A stretch of DNA of 64,000 nucleotides from Vicinamibacterales bacterium (GTDB taxonomy: Bacteria > Acidobacteriota > Vicinamibacteria > Vicinamibacterales > UBA8438), in the NCBI GenBank assembly GCA_029940535.1, contig JAPYUM010000014.1, forward strand, positions 1,007 through 65,006, read 5' to 3'. The notes beneath the pieces are model-generated. The model saw only the letters and a list, made by a program, of their open reading frames with translations. It did not search any database and was not told the DNA's origin. Every line of letters starts with the position of its first letter. Position 1 is the first letter of the stretch. Below, piece after piece: positions 8,686 to 20,533 of the stretch. Both the position numbers and the translations under genes were made by a program.

Positions 8686-10644
8686 ATGATTCGACACGGT
8701 CGATGGCGGTGGTGTCTCGGGTTGGTGGGGGGGCTGGTGGTTGCGGCCGGGCCCGCCCTGGCTCAGTCCGACGTGACGGGCGAGTGGCGTCACTATGGGG
8801 CCGACGGGGCGAACACCAAATACTCACCCCTCGACCAGATCACCGTCACAAACTTCAGCGACCTCCAGATTGCCTGGCGCTGGACCTCGGTCTCTACCGA
8901 AGTGGCGGAAGCGCGGGACGAGATCAACCCAGGCCTGTTCAAGGCAACACCGTTGATGGTGGACGGCATGCTGTATGTCAGCACCCCATTGGGGCAGGTC
9001 GCGGCGCTCGACCCCGGCACCGGCGAGGCGGTCTGGATCTACGATCCGCACAGCTACGACCGACTCGAGCGTCCGGCCAACATCGGATGGCAGCATCGCG
9101 GCGTCTCGTACTGGGAGGACGACACGAGCGACGACGCCCGTATTGTCATTGCCACGCACGACCTGCGACTCGTCGCGCTCAACGCCCGGACCGGTGCGTT
9201 GTATCCCACCTTCGGTGAGAACGGCATCGTCGACCTCAGCACCAGCCTCGGACGCGAGATTGACCGGTCGCGTATCACGCATTCGACGCCGGTTGCCGTG
9301 GTGCGCGACACCCTCGTCGTGGGGAGCACCTTGACCGACCAGACCACGACCCGCGAGGCGCCGCCCGGTCACGTGCGCGGCTTCGACGCGCGTACGGGCG
9401 CCATGAAATGGATATTTCACACCATCCCCCAAGGTGACGACTTCGGCGTCGATTCGTGGCAGAACGGGTCGTGGCGATACAGCGGCCACACGAATGTCTG
9501 GGGCAACATGCCGGTCGACGAAGAACTGGGGTACGTCTACTTGCCGGTCAGCACTCCGACGAACGACTGGTATGGCGGCATGCGCCACGGCGACAATCTC
9601 TTTGCCGAGAGCATCGTGGCCGTCGACGCCGAGACAGGCCAACGGGTGTGGCACTTCCAGGCGGTGCACCACGGACTCTGGGACTATGACTTCCCGACCG
9701 GTGGGAACCTGATCGACATCACCGTCGATGGACGTGACATCAAGGCGATCGCGCAGACGAGCAAGCAGGCCTTCACCTACGTGTTCGACCGCGTGACCGG
9801 CCAGCCGGTCTGGCCGATCGAAGAGCGACCGGTACCGGCGGGTGACGCGCCCGGCGAGTGGTACTCACCGACCCAGCCATTTCCGACCCGGCCGGCGGCG
9901 TTCGACCTGCAGGGCATCACGGTCGATGACCTGATCGATTTCACGCCCGAGCTGCGGGCAGAGGCGATCCGAATCGCCGAACGCGGCCAGTTGAGCCCGA
10001 TGTTTACACCGCCCACCGTGCGCGGCCAGGGGCGGCCGATGATTCAGGCCCCCGGCACTGGGGGCGGCGTGAACTGGCCCGGGTCAGCGGTGGACCCGGA
10101 GTCGGGGCGTCTGTTCGTGCCGTCGCAAACACGACTCAGGGCGATCGAACTGATCGAGTACGCTCCGCCCGCCACGGTCGGCTACTTCACCGAGACCTGG
10201 GCGGTGCCGGTACCCGGGCCGCAGGGCTTGCCACTGGTCAAGCCGCCGTACAAGCGGGTCACGGCGATCGATCTCAACACCGGAGACCACGCGTGGATGA
10301 GCCCGCATGGCGATGGCCCAAGGACCCACCCCGCCCTGAAGGATCTGCATCTGCCGGCGCTTGGGGGGCACAGCGGTGGCAATGCGGGTGGTCCGCTCGT
10401 GACGAAAACCCTGCTCATTGTCAATTCCGGCGGGCGCTACGTCGCCGACCAGGCCGAAGGCGCGCGTACCCTCGCGGCCTACCATAAGGGCAACGGAGAT
10501 TACCTTGGGTCCGTGGCCCTCCCGGCCGTACCCTCCGGCAATCCGATGACCTACCTGCACGATGGCCGGCAATACATCGTGGTGGCCGTTGGCGGAGGAG
10601 GCGGATCGGCCGCTCCTGAGCTGATCGCGTTGGCGTTGCCGTGA
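8686..10644 (+). CDS. PQQ-dependent dehydrogenase, soluble glucose/quinate/shikimate-like type (PQQ-C)
   Basis: 652 aa. Signal peptide ending ALAQ. EWRHYGADGANTKYSPLDQITVTNFSDLQIAWRW, GQRVWHFQAVHHGLWDYDFP and PTQPFPTRPAAF. Confidence 0.9.
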   Translation: MIRHGRWRWCLGLVGGLVVAAGPALAQSDVTGEWRHYGADGANTKYSPLDQITVTNFSDLQIAWRWTSVSTEVAEARDEINPGLFKATPLMVDGMLYVSTPLGQVAALDPGTGEAVWIYDPHSYDRLERPANIGWQHRGVSYWEDDTSDDARIVIATHDLRLVALNARTGALYPTFGENGIVDLSTSLGREIDRSRITHSTPVAVVRDTLVVGSTLTDQTTTREAPPGHVRGFDARTGAMKWIFHTIPQGDDFGVDSWQNGSWRYSGHTNVWGNMPVDEELGYVYLPVSTPTNDWYGGMRHGDNLFAESIVAVDAETGQRVWHFQAVHHGLWDYDFPTGGNLIDITVDGRDIKAIAQTSKQAFTYVFDRVTGQPVWPIEERPVPAGDAPGEWYSPTQPFPTRPAAFDLQGITVDDLIDFTPELRAEAIRIAERGQLSPMFTPPTVRGQGRPMIQAPGTGGGVNWPGSAVDPESGRLFVPSQTRLRAIELIEYAPPATVGYFTETWAVPVPGPQGLPLVKPPYKRVTAIDLNTGDHAWMSPHGDGPRTHPALKDLHLPALGGHSGGNAGGPLVTKTLLIVNSGGRYVADQAEGARTLAAYHKGNGDYLGSVALPAVPSGNPMTYLHDGRQYIVVAVGGGGGSAAPELIALALP

Positions 10645-10665
10645 CCTGCGTGCGCATGGCACGGG

Positions 10666-10686
10666 CGCTCGGCTCGGCGCCGAGCG
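10666..10686 (+). terminator. Possible terminator hairpin after PQQ-C (no U-tract)
   Basis: CGCTCGGC-TCGGC-GCCGAGCG, an 8-bp GC-rich stem starting 22 nt after the stop codon. Lacks a T run, so it is weak as an intrinsic terminator. Confidence 0.3.
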
Positions 10687-10834
10687 TTCGGACTTCCGCT
10701 TCGTTCAGTTGGGACCCGACCAGAATGGTCAAGTTATTCCTGATCGGGTCCTCCGGCCCGTATTACACTTCGCCCGTAGCGGCGGCAGGTCGGTTGACCT
10801 GTCGTTGTGCGGATGCCACCGAAAAGAGGATGCC

Positions 10835-11986
10835 ATGAGCATGAAACAGCTATTGACCTTGGTCACGATCACGACCTGCGTCCTGGTGGGCGCCACGGCA
10901 CGGGATACGGCGGCGCAGGACTTCAGCGCGGATGAGTTTGACTATGGATCACGTTTCGCCCTGCCCGATGGGCAGACGGCCGAGATCTGGAATCCAGCCA
11001 AGCGCAAACTGATCGAGGGCGGCCCGATGATTGGCGGGACCGTGCGGGCCACCGACCCGCGCACGTACTGCGCGATGGCGGCCGCCGGCTACGACTTCGT
11101 CTGGGTCGAGATGCAGCACGAGGCGATCTCCTGGGAACAGGTGGCGCGGTTCTGGCGCACCTGTCCGGGTCCGGCCGCGCCGGGAGTGCGGGTCGCGTAT
11201 GCCAACGAGCGTGAAATTCAGCATGCGACCGATATGGGGGCCGCGGTCATCGTGGTACCGACCATCGACTCCGTCGAGGAGGCGCAAGCGGCCGTCGACT
11301 GGACCTACTTTCCGCCCATCGGGCGACGGAGTTCCGGTGGTGGTCAGGGTCCCAGTGAGCTGTGGAACGATGTTCCCGGTGGGTATCGCCAGACCTGGAA
11401 CGACAATGTCGTCTTGTTCCTGATGATCGAGACGCTGGAGGGCGTGGAAGCGGCCCGCGAGATTGCCAAGTTGCCGGGCGTGACCGGGTTGTTCGCCGCG
11501 AGCGGCGACCTCGGGAATTTTTCTGGCTTTGGCGAGGGCGATGCCGAGTACGAAGGGCTGATTACCGAGGTGCTGGAGGCAGCACAGGACGCTGGCATCC
11601 ATGCCTGCGCCCCACTCCGCTGGGCCAACCGCCCAGGGTTCACCTGCTTCCAGGCGGGCACCGAGGGTGCGAACATCCGTCGCGGCGCAGCGGCTGAGAT
11701 TCAGCAGGCGGAGGAGCGTTTCGGGAGCACTGGCGCCGGTGGCACGCCAGTCACGGGTTCGGGCGCCGCGCCGCTTCTGGCGAACTTGACCGCGGAATGC
11801 GGCTCGATCACCTACGAGGCTGATTGCAACGCCGCGGTGCAACAGGCCGCCGCCGGCGCCAGCTCGATGGGCGCCGCCGAGCAGGAGCAGATTGTCCGTC
11901 GTCTGCGGGAGGTCATGGGGACCAACCCCACGCATGCCACACGCATCCGCGAAATTGCGTCGCAAGCCGGGTTGACGATCCGGTAG
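10835..11986 (+). CDS. HpcH/HpaI-family aldolase with an N-terminal signal peptide and a C-terminal extension
   Basis: Start moved to the ATG at 10835 (AAAAGAGGA Shine-Dalgarno upstream; MSMKQLLTLVTITTCVLVGATARDTAAQ looks like a signal peptide). Aldolase motifs GYDFVWVEMQHE, VVPTIDSVEEAQAAV and LMIETLEGVEAAREIAKLPGV. Confidence 0.8.
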   Translation: MSMKQLLTLVTITTCVLVGATARDTAAQDFSADEFDYGSRFALPDGQTAEIWNPAKRKLIEGGPMIGGTVRATDPRTYCAMAAAGYDFVWVEMQHEAISWEQVARFWRTCPGPAAPGVRVAYANEREIQHATDMGAAVIVVPTIDSVEEAQAAVDWTYFPPIGRRSSGGGQGPSELWNDVPGGYRQTWNDNVVLFLMIETLEGVEAAREIAKLPGVTGLFAASGDLGNFSGFGEGDAEYEGLITEVLEAAQDAGIHACAPLRWANRPGFTCFQAGTEGANIRRGAAAEIQQAEERFGSTGAGGTPVTGSGAAPLLANLTAECGSITYEADCNAAVQQAAAGASSMGAAEQEQIVRRLREVMGTNPTHATRIREIASQAGLTIR

Positions 11987-12030
11987 CGGATGCCTGACGG
12001 GCGGGTCGTCGGATAAAGACCATTTCGACC

Positions 12031-13161
12031 ATGCCGCAGAAACGGTCGCTTCCAACCGTGCTTGACCTGTCCAAGAGCGAGCTGGAAGCGCTGGTGGTTG
12101 GGACGGGCGAAGCGCCTTCTAGGACGGGGCAGCTGTGGCGTGCGCTGTATCACGAGCGGCGAGCATCCTTCGACGGCATGACGTTTCTTTCGCTTCGGTG
12201 CCGGGAGGCATTGAAGCGACGTTACGTCATTAGTCCGCTCGACCCGGTCCAGTGCCTGGCTTCGAAGGACGGGTCCACTGACAAAGCGGTGTTCAGACTC
12301 CCCGACGGTGAACTGATCGAAACCGTGCTGATGCGGTACGAACCGGACGGACATCGGAAGGTCCGCCGAACCGTCTGCGTTTCTACCCAGGCGGGCTGCG
12401 CCCTGGGTTGCACCTTCTGCGCCACCGGGCAGCAGGGCTTCAGGCGCCAGCTCTCGGTCGGCGAGATCGTGTCGCAGGTCATGTTCATGGAGCGACTCGC
12501 CGGGACCGACGAGGAGGCGCAGATGGCGGACGGAACGCAGACCAGGTCCGAACGTCAGAGCGTGACGAACGTCGTATTCATGGGCATGGGCGAGCCGTTG
12601 GCCAACTACGACAACACGCTGAGCTCGATTCGCACCCTGACCGATGACCAGGGACTCCACATCGGTGCCAGGCACATCACCGTCTCAACCGTCGGGCTTG
12701 TGCCGCCGATACTGAAACTCGCGGATGAGGACCAGCCGATCAACCTTGCCGTTTCACTGCATGCGCCCGACAACGTCACGCGTTCCGAGACGATGCCCGT
12801 GAACCGCCAGTACCCGATTGAGCGGCTGATCGAGGCGTGCAAGACCTATATCGCGAAGACACGCCGGCGGATTTTCTTCGAATACGTGCTGCTCCACGGC
12901 CAAAATGACCACGTTCACCAGGCGGAAGCCCTGGGCAGGCTGCTCACAGGCACGTTGTGCCATGTCAACCTGATCCCGGTCAATCCGACCGTTGACGGGC
13001 CGTATCGACGATCGGCTCGGGAGTGCGGCTCCGCATTCCAGGCGAAGCTGCGTGAGTACCGCGTCCCCTCCACGGTTCGGACGGAGAAAGGGATAGATAT
13101 CAATGCGGGCTGTGGGCAATTGAGAGCGCGTGCGGTGGCTGTAGACGCAGAGGTCCTCTGA
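12031..13161 (+). CDS. rlmN: 23S rRNA/tRNA (adenine-C2)-methyltransferase, radical SAM
   Basis: 376 aa. Radical-SAM cluster motif CVSTQAGCALGCTFCATG, plus GMGEPLANYD and NLIPVNP, all characteristic of RlmN. Confidence 0.9.
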   Translation: MPQKRSLPTVLDLSKSELEALVVGTGEAPSRTGQLWRALYHERRASFDGMTFLSLRCREALKRRYVISPLDPVQCLASKDGSTDKAVFRLPDGELIETVLMRYEPDGHRKVRRTVCVSTQAGCALGCTFCATGQQGFRRQLSVGEIVSQVMFMERLAGTDEEAQMADGTQTRSERQSVTNVVFMGMGEPLANYDNTLSSIRTLTDDQGLHIGARHITVSTVGLVPPILKLADEDQPINLAVSLHAPDNVTRSETMPVNRQYPIERLIEACKTYIAKTRRRIFFEYVLLHGQNDHVHQAEALGRLLTGTLCHVNLIPVNPTVDGPYRRSARECGSAFQAKLREYRVPSTVRTEKGIDINAGCGQLRARAVAVDAEVL

Positions 13162-13183
13162 CATCTACCAACGTCTCGACGGG

Positions 13184-13975
13184 GTGTCCCATGTTCTGGT
13201 CTCCGACAACGCCGTTCGACCGCCTATGACGGAGCCGCGCCGACCGGTCGTGCAGGGTCCTGGGCGACCGCCGCCCGGGGCGGTCGCCGTGCTGGTGGCC
13301 TGCGTCGTCGCGAGTCTGGCGTTGCCCTATGTTCCGGGTGGCCGCTTGGCGTGGTGGCCCCTGATGCTGTTGTCGACGCTCGCACACGAGCTTGGCCACG
13401 GGGTTGCCGCCGTGCTGGTGGGGGGGGATTTCGTCTCGCTCCAGGTGTTCGCGGACGGGTCTGGTGTCGCCGTGACCGCCCATGCGGGCGGCCGCGCGGC
13501 CCGCGCCCTGATCCCGGCCGGGGGCCTTGTCGGCCCTGCGCTGGTGGCCTGCGGGCTTTTCTTCTTCGCACGAACGGCCGGGCGCGCCCGCGCCGCGCTA
13601 GGGAGCCTGGCCGCGGTCCTTCTCCTAGTGGTCGCCGTGGTGGTACGCAATCCGTTCGGTGTCGTCTACGTGCTTGTCTTGAGTGCGCTGCTCGCGGCGC
13701 TCGTGCGCTTCGGGTCCGCTCGGATCGCGCGGTTTGGTCTCGTGTTCCTCGCCATCCAACTCTCGGTCAGCGTCTTTTCACGAAGCGACTACCTGTTTAC
13801 ACGCGTCGCTCGTACCGGCGCCGGGACCATGCCCAGCGATGTCGGCCAGATCGCAGAGGCGCTCCTGCTGCCGTACTGGGTGTGGGGTGGACTCTGTGGA
13901 CTCTTGTCCGTGCTGGTGCTCGCGCTCGGGATGTGGCTCTATCTACGGCCGATGCCGGTCCACGAGCGTCAGTAA
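13184..13975 (+). CDS. M50-family integral-membrane metallopeptidase
   Basis: 263 aa, multiple hydrophobic helices, zinc motif HELGH (LAHELGHGVAAV). GTG start at 13184; an alternative ATG lies at 13226. Confidence 0.7.
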   Translation: MSHVLVSDNAVRPPMTEPRRPVVQGPGRPPPGAVAVLVACVVASLALPYVPGGRLAWWPLMLLSTLAHELGHGVAAVLVGGDFVSLQVFADGSGVAVTAHAGGRAARALIPAGGLVGPALVACGLFFFARTAGRARAALGSLAAVLLLVVAVVVRNPFGVVYVLVLSALLAALVRFGSARIARFGLVFLAIQLSVSVFSRSDYLFTRVARTGAGTMPSDVGQIAEALLLPYWVWGGLCGLLSVLVLALGMWLYLRPMPVHERQ

Positions 13976-14015
13976 GTGCGTGGCGCCGGGCTGGCCCGGC
14001 GCGTGAGACGGGACA

Positions 14016-16202
<2,187 letters not shown>

Positions 16203-16246
16203 CAGACGGCTCCGTGCGATGCGACGATATCACCGCGGCTGAGCCT

Positions 16247-18535
16247 TCAATTCAGCAGATCGAACAAGGCGCTGTACTTGAGGGTCAGTGTACGCCCAGC
16301 CCCGGTCGGGATATTGCTGCCCAGTCCCTGGATGTCGTTGTAGACGATGAAGAGGCCGGTATTGGCGTCCGACAGCAGACCGAACCGGAGGTTGGAGGAC
16401 CAGAGGTCGGCGCGGTCGTTGTACTGGACGAGCGCCTGAAGGAACATGCGAGTCGTAAAGGAGTACGACATTCTGAAGCGCGCGAGATTGGTTGTGAAAT
16501 CCCCACCCGGTAACTTCAGGTCATTGTAGCTCCACTCGAAAATCGCATTGACGGTTTCGCCGACACGAGCGGCGATGGACGGGGTGATCGTGACCCGGTC
16601 GCCGCCGAACAGACCGCCGACGATGACGTTGATGTTGCCGTTGACCGGTGCGCCGAGATTGGTGTTCCCGGCGAGCTGCATCTCCTTGTGGTCGTACGTG
16701 CCCGGCGGAACAAAGACATCCGGGAATATCTCAAATTGCTCCAACACGCCCTCACGGGTGATGTTCATACCGGTGTGGACCTCGTATCCGTTCCGCCACT
16801 CGAGGTGGTTGTCGATGTGCGTGAACTGGGTTTCGTGATCACCGCTCACGAAGTCGAACACCGTGTTGTGGAACACGTGTGGCCGCACCTCGTGGAGGCC
16901 CCAGAAGTTCTCGGGGCGGAACGTGGTGAACACGCTGCCGTTCACCCGCCGGTAGCTCTCGCGGGCCAGGAACCCGGCCTGCGGATTGAAGTTCGGTGCG
17001 ACCTCGGTGTACCCCATCGAGAGCCGAGCCTGTTCCGACTCATGTTGGACATTGATCGCGTAGGCATGCGAGTTGGCGGTCGGGTCGTCGGCTTCGCCGG
17101 AGGTATCGGTGCCCGCCGCGAAGCCGGAGATCGTGCCGCCCTCCCCGATACCCCAGCGTCCGTCGACCGCGAACGTGCGGTTGTAGTCGTCGCCGGCCAG
17201 ATCTGTGCCGGCCAGCTCACCGTTGGCCTGCCGGTTCACGAACATGACTCCGATGTTGGAGCGATTCGCGAGGTCCTGTCGAACGCGCCCGACGGTGAAA
17301 TTCTGCCGTGGGGTTCCGGTGGAGCCGACGGAAGCGGTCTGCATGTTCAGGAAGCCGACGTTCGTGTTCGTCCCCACCTTGCCCGAGAGACGGCCGCCAC
17401 CCAGGATCGGAATCTGGGCCCCGTCCTCACTCAACCCGATGCGACGGCTGAAAAAGATGTCGACCGCCCCTGGTTGTCCCACTGAGAAGATGCCGGCGTT
17501 CTCCAGGAAGAACGGTCGCTTCTCCGGAAAGAACAGATTGAACCGGTCGAGATTGACCTGCTGGTCGTCCACTTCGACCTGGGCGAAGTCGGTGTTGTAG
17601 GTCAGGTCGAGCGTCATGCTCGGCGTCACGCTGTATTTGAGGTCAGCGCCGAAATCGCCGGTCGTGACGGTGCGCGAGTCTTCGGTCCGGGTCAGCGACT
17701 GGCCCAGCAGGTAGGGTGTGAGTTGAAGGTTTCGCTGGGCGGGGACCTCGATTCCCTGTAGCTCCCCAGCCAGGGAGATCCGGTTGATGTTGTACTGACG
17801 CGGCAGCGGCGACCAGTAGGCCTGCTCATTGCGCGCGCGGATGTTCCGCTGGAAATTCATCCCCCAGTTCTGCACGTCGTTCAGCGGATAGCGCAGCGTC
17901 CTGAACGGAATTGCGATTTCCGCCGTCCACCCGATGTCGGTCACCGCGGTGGCCACCTGCCAGGCCCCGTCCCAGTTGAGATTGAAGCCGCCGCCTGAGC
18001 CGCCCTGCTGTCGGTTGTTGCCGGGTCGTCCACCGCCGCCGAACCCCCCACTGCCCTGTCCCTCGCTATTCACCTGGCCGTCGTACTCGACCCCGGCCGG
18101 GTTCGTGCCGAAGACGAAGCCGTTCTGTCGGTCGAGATAGGTATCCAGCACGATTTGAAAACTGTCGGTTTCGGTGAGGTCGGAATCGCGGCGGCTGTCG
18201 GCCGCGATGATCGTGCCCACGTCCTCGGTGAAACAGATGACGCCAAAATACAGGGTGTCGGCGGTGTAGACGATACGCACTTCGGTTCGCTCAGAGGCCG
18301 GTTCTCCTTCGAACGGTCGGCTCTGCACGAAACCGGTCGCCGGCACCGCGTCGGCATAGGCTGGGTCATTTAGCACGTCGCCATCAACGATCGGGCCCTC
18401 GTCGACACGAAGCGACTGTGCCACGGGCACGTCGCCGTCTGGTATCGGCACTGGCTGTGCGTGCGCGACGGATTGAAGGCACCACCCGACTAGGAGCACG
18501 GGCACAAGTCGAACGTAGCGGAGAAGTCGTGTCAT
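16247..18535 (-). CDS. Exported CBM9-like plus DUF5916-type beta-barrel protein, paralog 1
   Basis: 762 aa, with signal peptide. Signature FNTDFAQVEVDDQQVNLDRFNLFFPEKRPFFLEN shared with 54483-57395. Ends in an aromatic-rich barrel-like C-terminus (LKYSALFDLLN). Confidence 0.75.
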   Translation of the reverse strand: MTRLLRYVRLVPVLLVGWCLQSVAHAQPVPIPDGDVPVAQSLRVDEGPIVDGDVLNDPAYADAVPATGFVQSRPFEGEPASERTEVRIVYTADTLYFGVICFTEDVGTIIAADSRRDSDLTETDSFQIVLDTYLDRQNGFVFGTNPAGVEYDGQVNSEGQGSGGFGGGGRPGNNRQQGGSGGGFNLNWDGAWQVATAVTDIGWTAEIAIPFRTLRYPLNDVQNWGMNFQRNIRARNEQAYWSPLPRQYNINRISLAGELQGIEVPAQRNLQLTPYLLGQSLTRTEDSRTVTTGDFGADLKYSVTPSMTLDLTYNTDFAQVEVDDQQVNLDRFNLFFPEKRPFFLENAGIFSVGQPGAVDIFFSRRIGLSEDGAQIPILGGGRLSGKVGTNTNVGFLNMQTASVGSTGTPRQNFTVGRVRQDLANRSNIGVMFVNRQANGELAGTDLAGDDYNRTFAVDGRWGIGEGGTISGFAAGTDTSGEADDPTANSHAYAINVQHESEQARLSMGYTEVAPNFNPQAGFLARESYRRVNGSVFTTFRPENFWGLHEVRPHVFHNTVFDFVSGDHETQFTHIDNHLEWRNGYEVHTGMNITREGVLEQFEIFPDVFVPPGTYDHKEMQLAGNTNLGAPVNGNINVIVGGLFGGDRVTITPSIAARVGETVNAIFEWSYNDLKLPGGDFTTNLARFRMSYSFTTRMFLQALVQYNDRADLWSSNLRFGLLSDANTGLFIVYNDIQGLGSNIPTGAGRTLTLKYSALFDLLN

Positions 18536-18580
18536 GGAAGTCGATGTCCCGGGTGTGGACGAACCACTGATTCTACCGGG

Positions 18581-20449
18581 CTACCCCTTGGGCGTGCGTG
18601 CCTTGGGTCTGGTTGTCTTTCCGCGGCCGGCGGCTTTGCCCCCGGTCTTTTTCTGGTCCCACCATTTTGGTTCGCCAGCGACTTTCTTGTGCTTGTGGCG
18701 TGCCTTGGCCGGCCCGGTGGATTTCGCAAACCTGTGAGATGCCTTGGTGTGGTCGCCGTTCGGCCGTCCCGGTCCGGCGTCGGAGACGTCTCCGGTGTCG
18801 AGCTGAATCGCGAGTGCCTGCTGGAGGACCCGGACCCGTCGTAACCGCAGGAGCACCTCTCCCGGCAGGTTTGCCGGCAGCTCCACCGTGCTGTGGGTCT
18901 CGTCGAGTCGGACGCGGCCGATTGACTTGCCGGTGAACCCCGCCTCGTTGGCGAGCGCCCCAACGATGTGGCGTGCGGTGGCACCGTGCGCGCGCCCCAC
19001 CTGGATTCTGTAGCGTTCGACTCCGGTGTCGTCCGGGTGCGAGGACGACGATCCCCGCGGGCCCTGATGTCGCCTTTCTCGGCGCGGCGACGATGGCTTC
19101 GGCGGCGGCCCCTTGTCCGGTGGCGGTTGGAGCGGCCGCTCGCGTTGCAGTTGGAACGCCAGCACTGCCGCCGCGTCCTCAGTCGAGCACGCATTGTCGG
19201 CCGCGAAGTCTCGGATCAGTTGCCGAAAGAACTCGAGCTCCTCGTCGCTGGCCAGAATGGCCTGCATCTTTTCCTTGAACGCGCCTATTCGCCGTTCCGC
19301 GAGCTGCTTCCGGCCGGGCACCTCGAGCCATGCGATGGGCGACCGTGTCGCTCGCTCGATGGCACGCAGCAAGTGGCGCTCGCGTGAGGTGACGAACGTG
19401 ATGGCGGTGCCGCCGCGACCGGCCCGGCCAGTACGTCCAATGCGATGGATGTAGGCCTCGGCGTCGTAGGGGATGTCGTAGTTGATGACATGGCTGATGC
19501 GCGGCACGTCGATGCCGCGGGCCGCGACATCGGTCGCAATCAGAATGTCGAGTGTGCCGGCCCGGAACCGGCCGATGGTTCGCTCACGCGCCTGCTGGTT
19601 CATGTCGCCGTTGAGCGCGTCGCAGGCGAATCCCCGCGCTTCGATCCGTTCTACGAGTTCGACGGTGGCGGTCTTCGTCCGTACGAAGACCAGCATCCCG
19701 TCGAAGTCCGCGGTTTCCAGCAGTCGGGTGAGGGCGTCGAGCTTGTCTGGTCCGAGCACCAGGCAGGCCTGCTGCTCGGTATCGGTCACGGTCGCGGTTT
19801 CCGAGACGATGCGGACCTCGGCGGGCTTCCGCAGATACGTCTCGGCGACCGTGCGAATCCGGGTCGGCATGGTGGCCGAGAACAGTGCGGTCTGACGCGT
19901 GTCCGGGGTGTGACGCAGGATCCACTCGACGTCGTCGAGGAATCCCATGCGCAGCATCTCGTCGGCCTCGTCGAGCACCAGGGTGCGCAGCTCGTCGAGC
20001 ACGAGGCTGCCCCGGTTGAGGTGGTCCATGACCCGGCCCGGGGTGCCGACCACGGCGTGCACGCCACGACGAAGCTGACGGAGCTGTCCCGAGTACTCCT
20101 GTCCGCCATAGAGCGGCACGACGTGGAAGCCTTTCATCTGGCTGGCGTAGCGTTGGAACGCCTCCGAGACCTGGATGGCGAGCTCGCGGGTCGGGGCCAG
20201 CACCAGGATCTGGGGCTTCGCGAGGCTCAGGTCGACACGCGACAGCAACGGCAGCGCGAACGCCGCGGTCTTCCCGGTGCCGGTCTGGGCCATGCCGATC
20301 AGATCGCGTCCGGCCAGCAGGGGGGGGATGCTCTCCGCCTGGATCGGCGTGGGCTGTTCGTAGCCGATTCGCTCAATGGCGCTCAACACGGCTGGCGCCA
20401 GATCCAAGGCGGCAAATCCGGCTTGAGAGGTCGTGTCTTCTTGGTGCAC
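18581..20449 (-). CDS. deaD: DEAD-box ATP-dependent RNA helicase (DeaD/CsdA-like) with a DbpA-type RNA-binding domain and a basic tail
   Basis: 622 aa. AQTGTGKT (motif I), VLDEADEML (DEAD), SAT, HRIGRTGRAG. Lys/Arg-rich C-terminal tail. Confidence 0.9.
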   Translation of the reverse strand: MHQEDTTSQAGFAALDLAPAVLSAIERIGYEQPTPIQAESIPPLLAGRDLIGMAQTGTGKTAAFALPLLSRVDLSLAKPQILVLAPTRELAIQVSEAFQRYASQMKGFHVVPLYGGQEYSGQLRQLRRGVHAVVGTPGRVMDHLNRGSLVLDELRTLVLDEADEMLRMGFLDDVEWILRHTPDTRQTALFSATMPTRIRTVAETYLRKPAEVRIVSETATVTDTEQQACLVLGPDKLDALTRLLETADFDGMLVFVRTKTATVELVERIEARGFACDALNGDMNQQARERTIGRFRAGTLDILIATDVAARGIDVPRISHVINYDIPYDAEAYIHRIGRTGRAGRGGTAITFVTSRERHLLRAIERATRSPIAWLEVPGRKQLAERRIGAFKEKMQAILASDEELEFFRQLIRDFAADNACSTEDAAAVLAFQLQRERPLQPPPDKGPPPKPSSPRRERRHQGPRGSSSSHPDDTGVERYRIQVGRAHGATARHIVGALANEAGFTGKSIGRVRLDETHSTVELPANLPGEVLLRLRRVRVLQQALAIQLDTGDVSDAGPGRPNGDHTKASHRFAKSTGPAKARHKHKKVAGEPKWWDQKKTGGKAAGRGKTTRPKARTPKG

Positions 20450-20533
20450 TGGGGCCTCGCGAGAACTGACGGTGTGCGGGTGTGAAGGGACCGAGGGCGG
20501 GAGTGACTCTGTAGTTTAGCACTGCGCGGGTCC

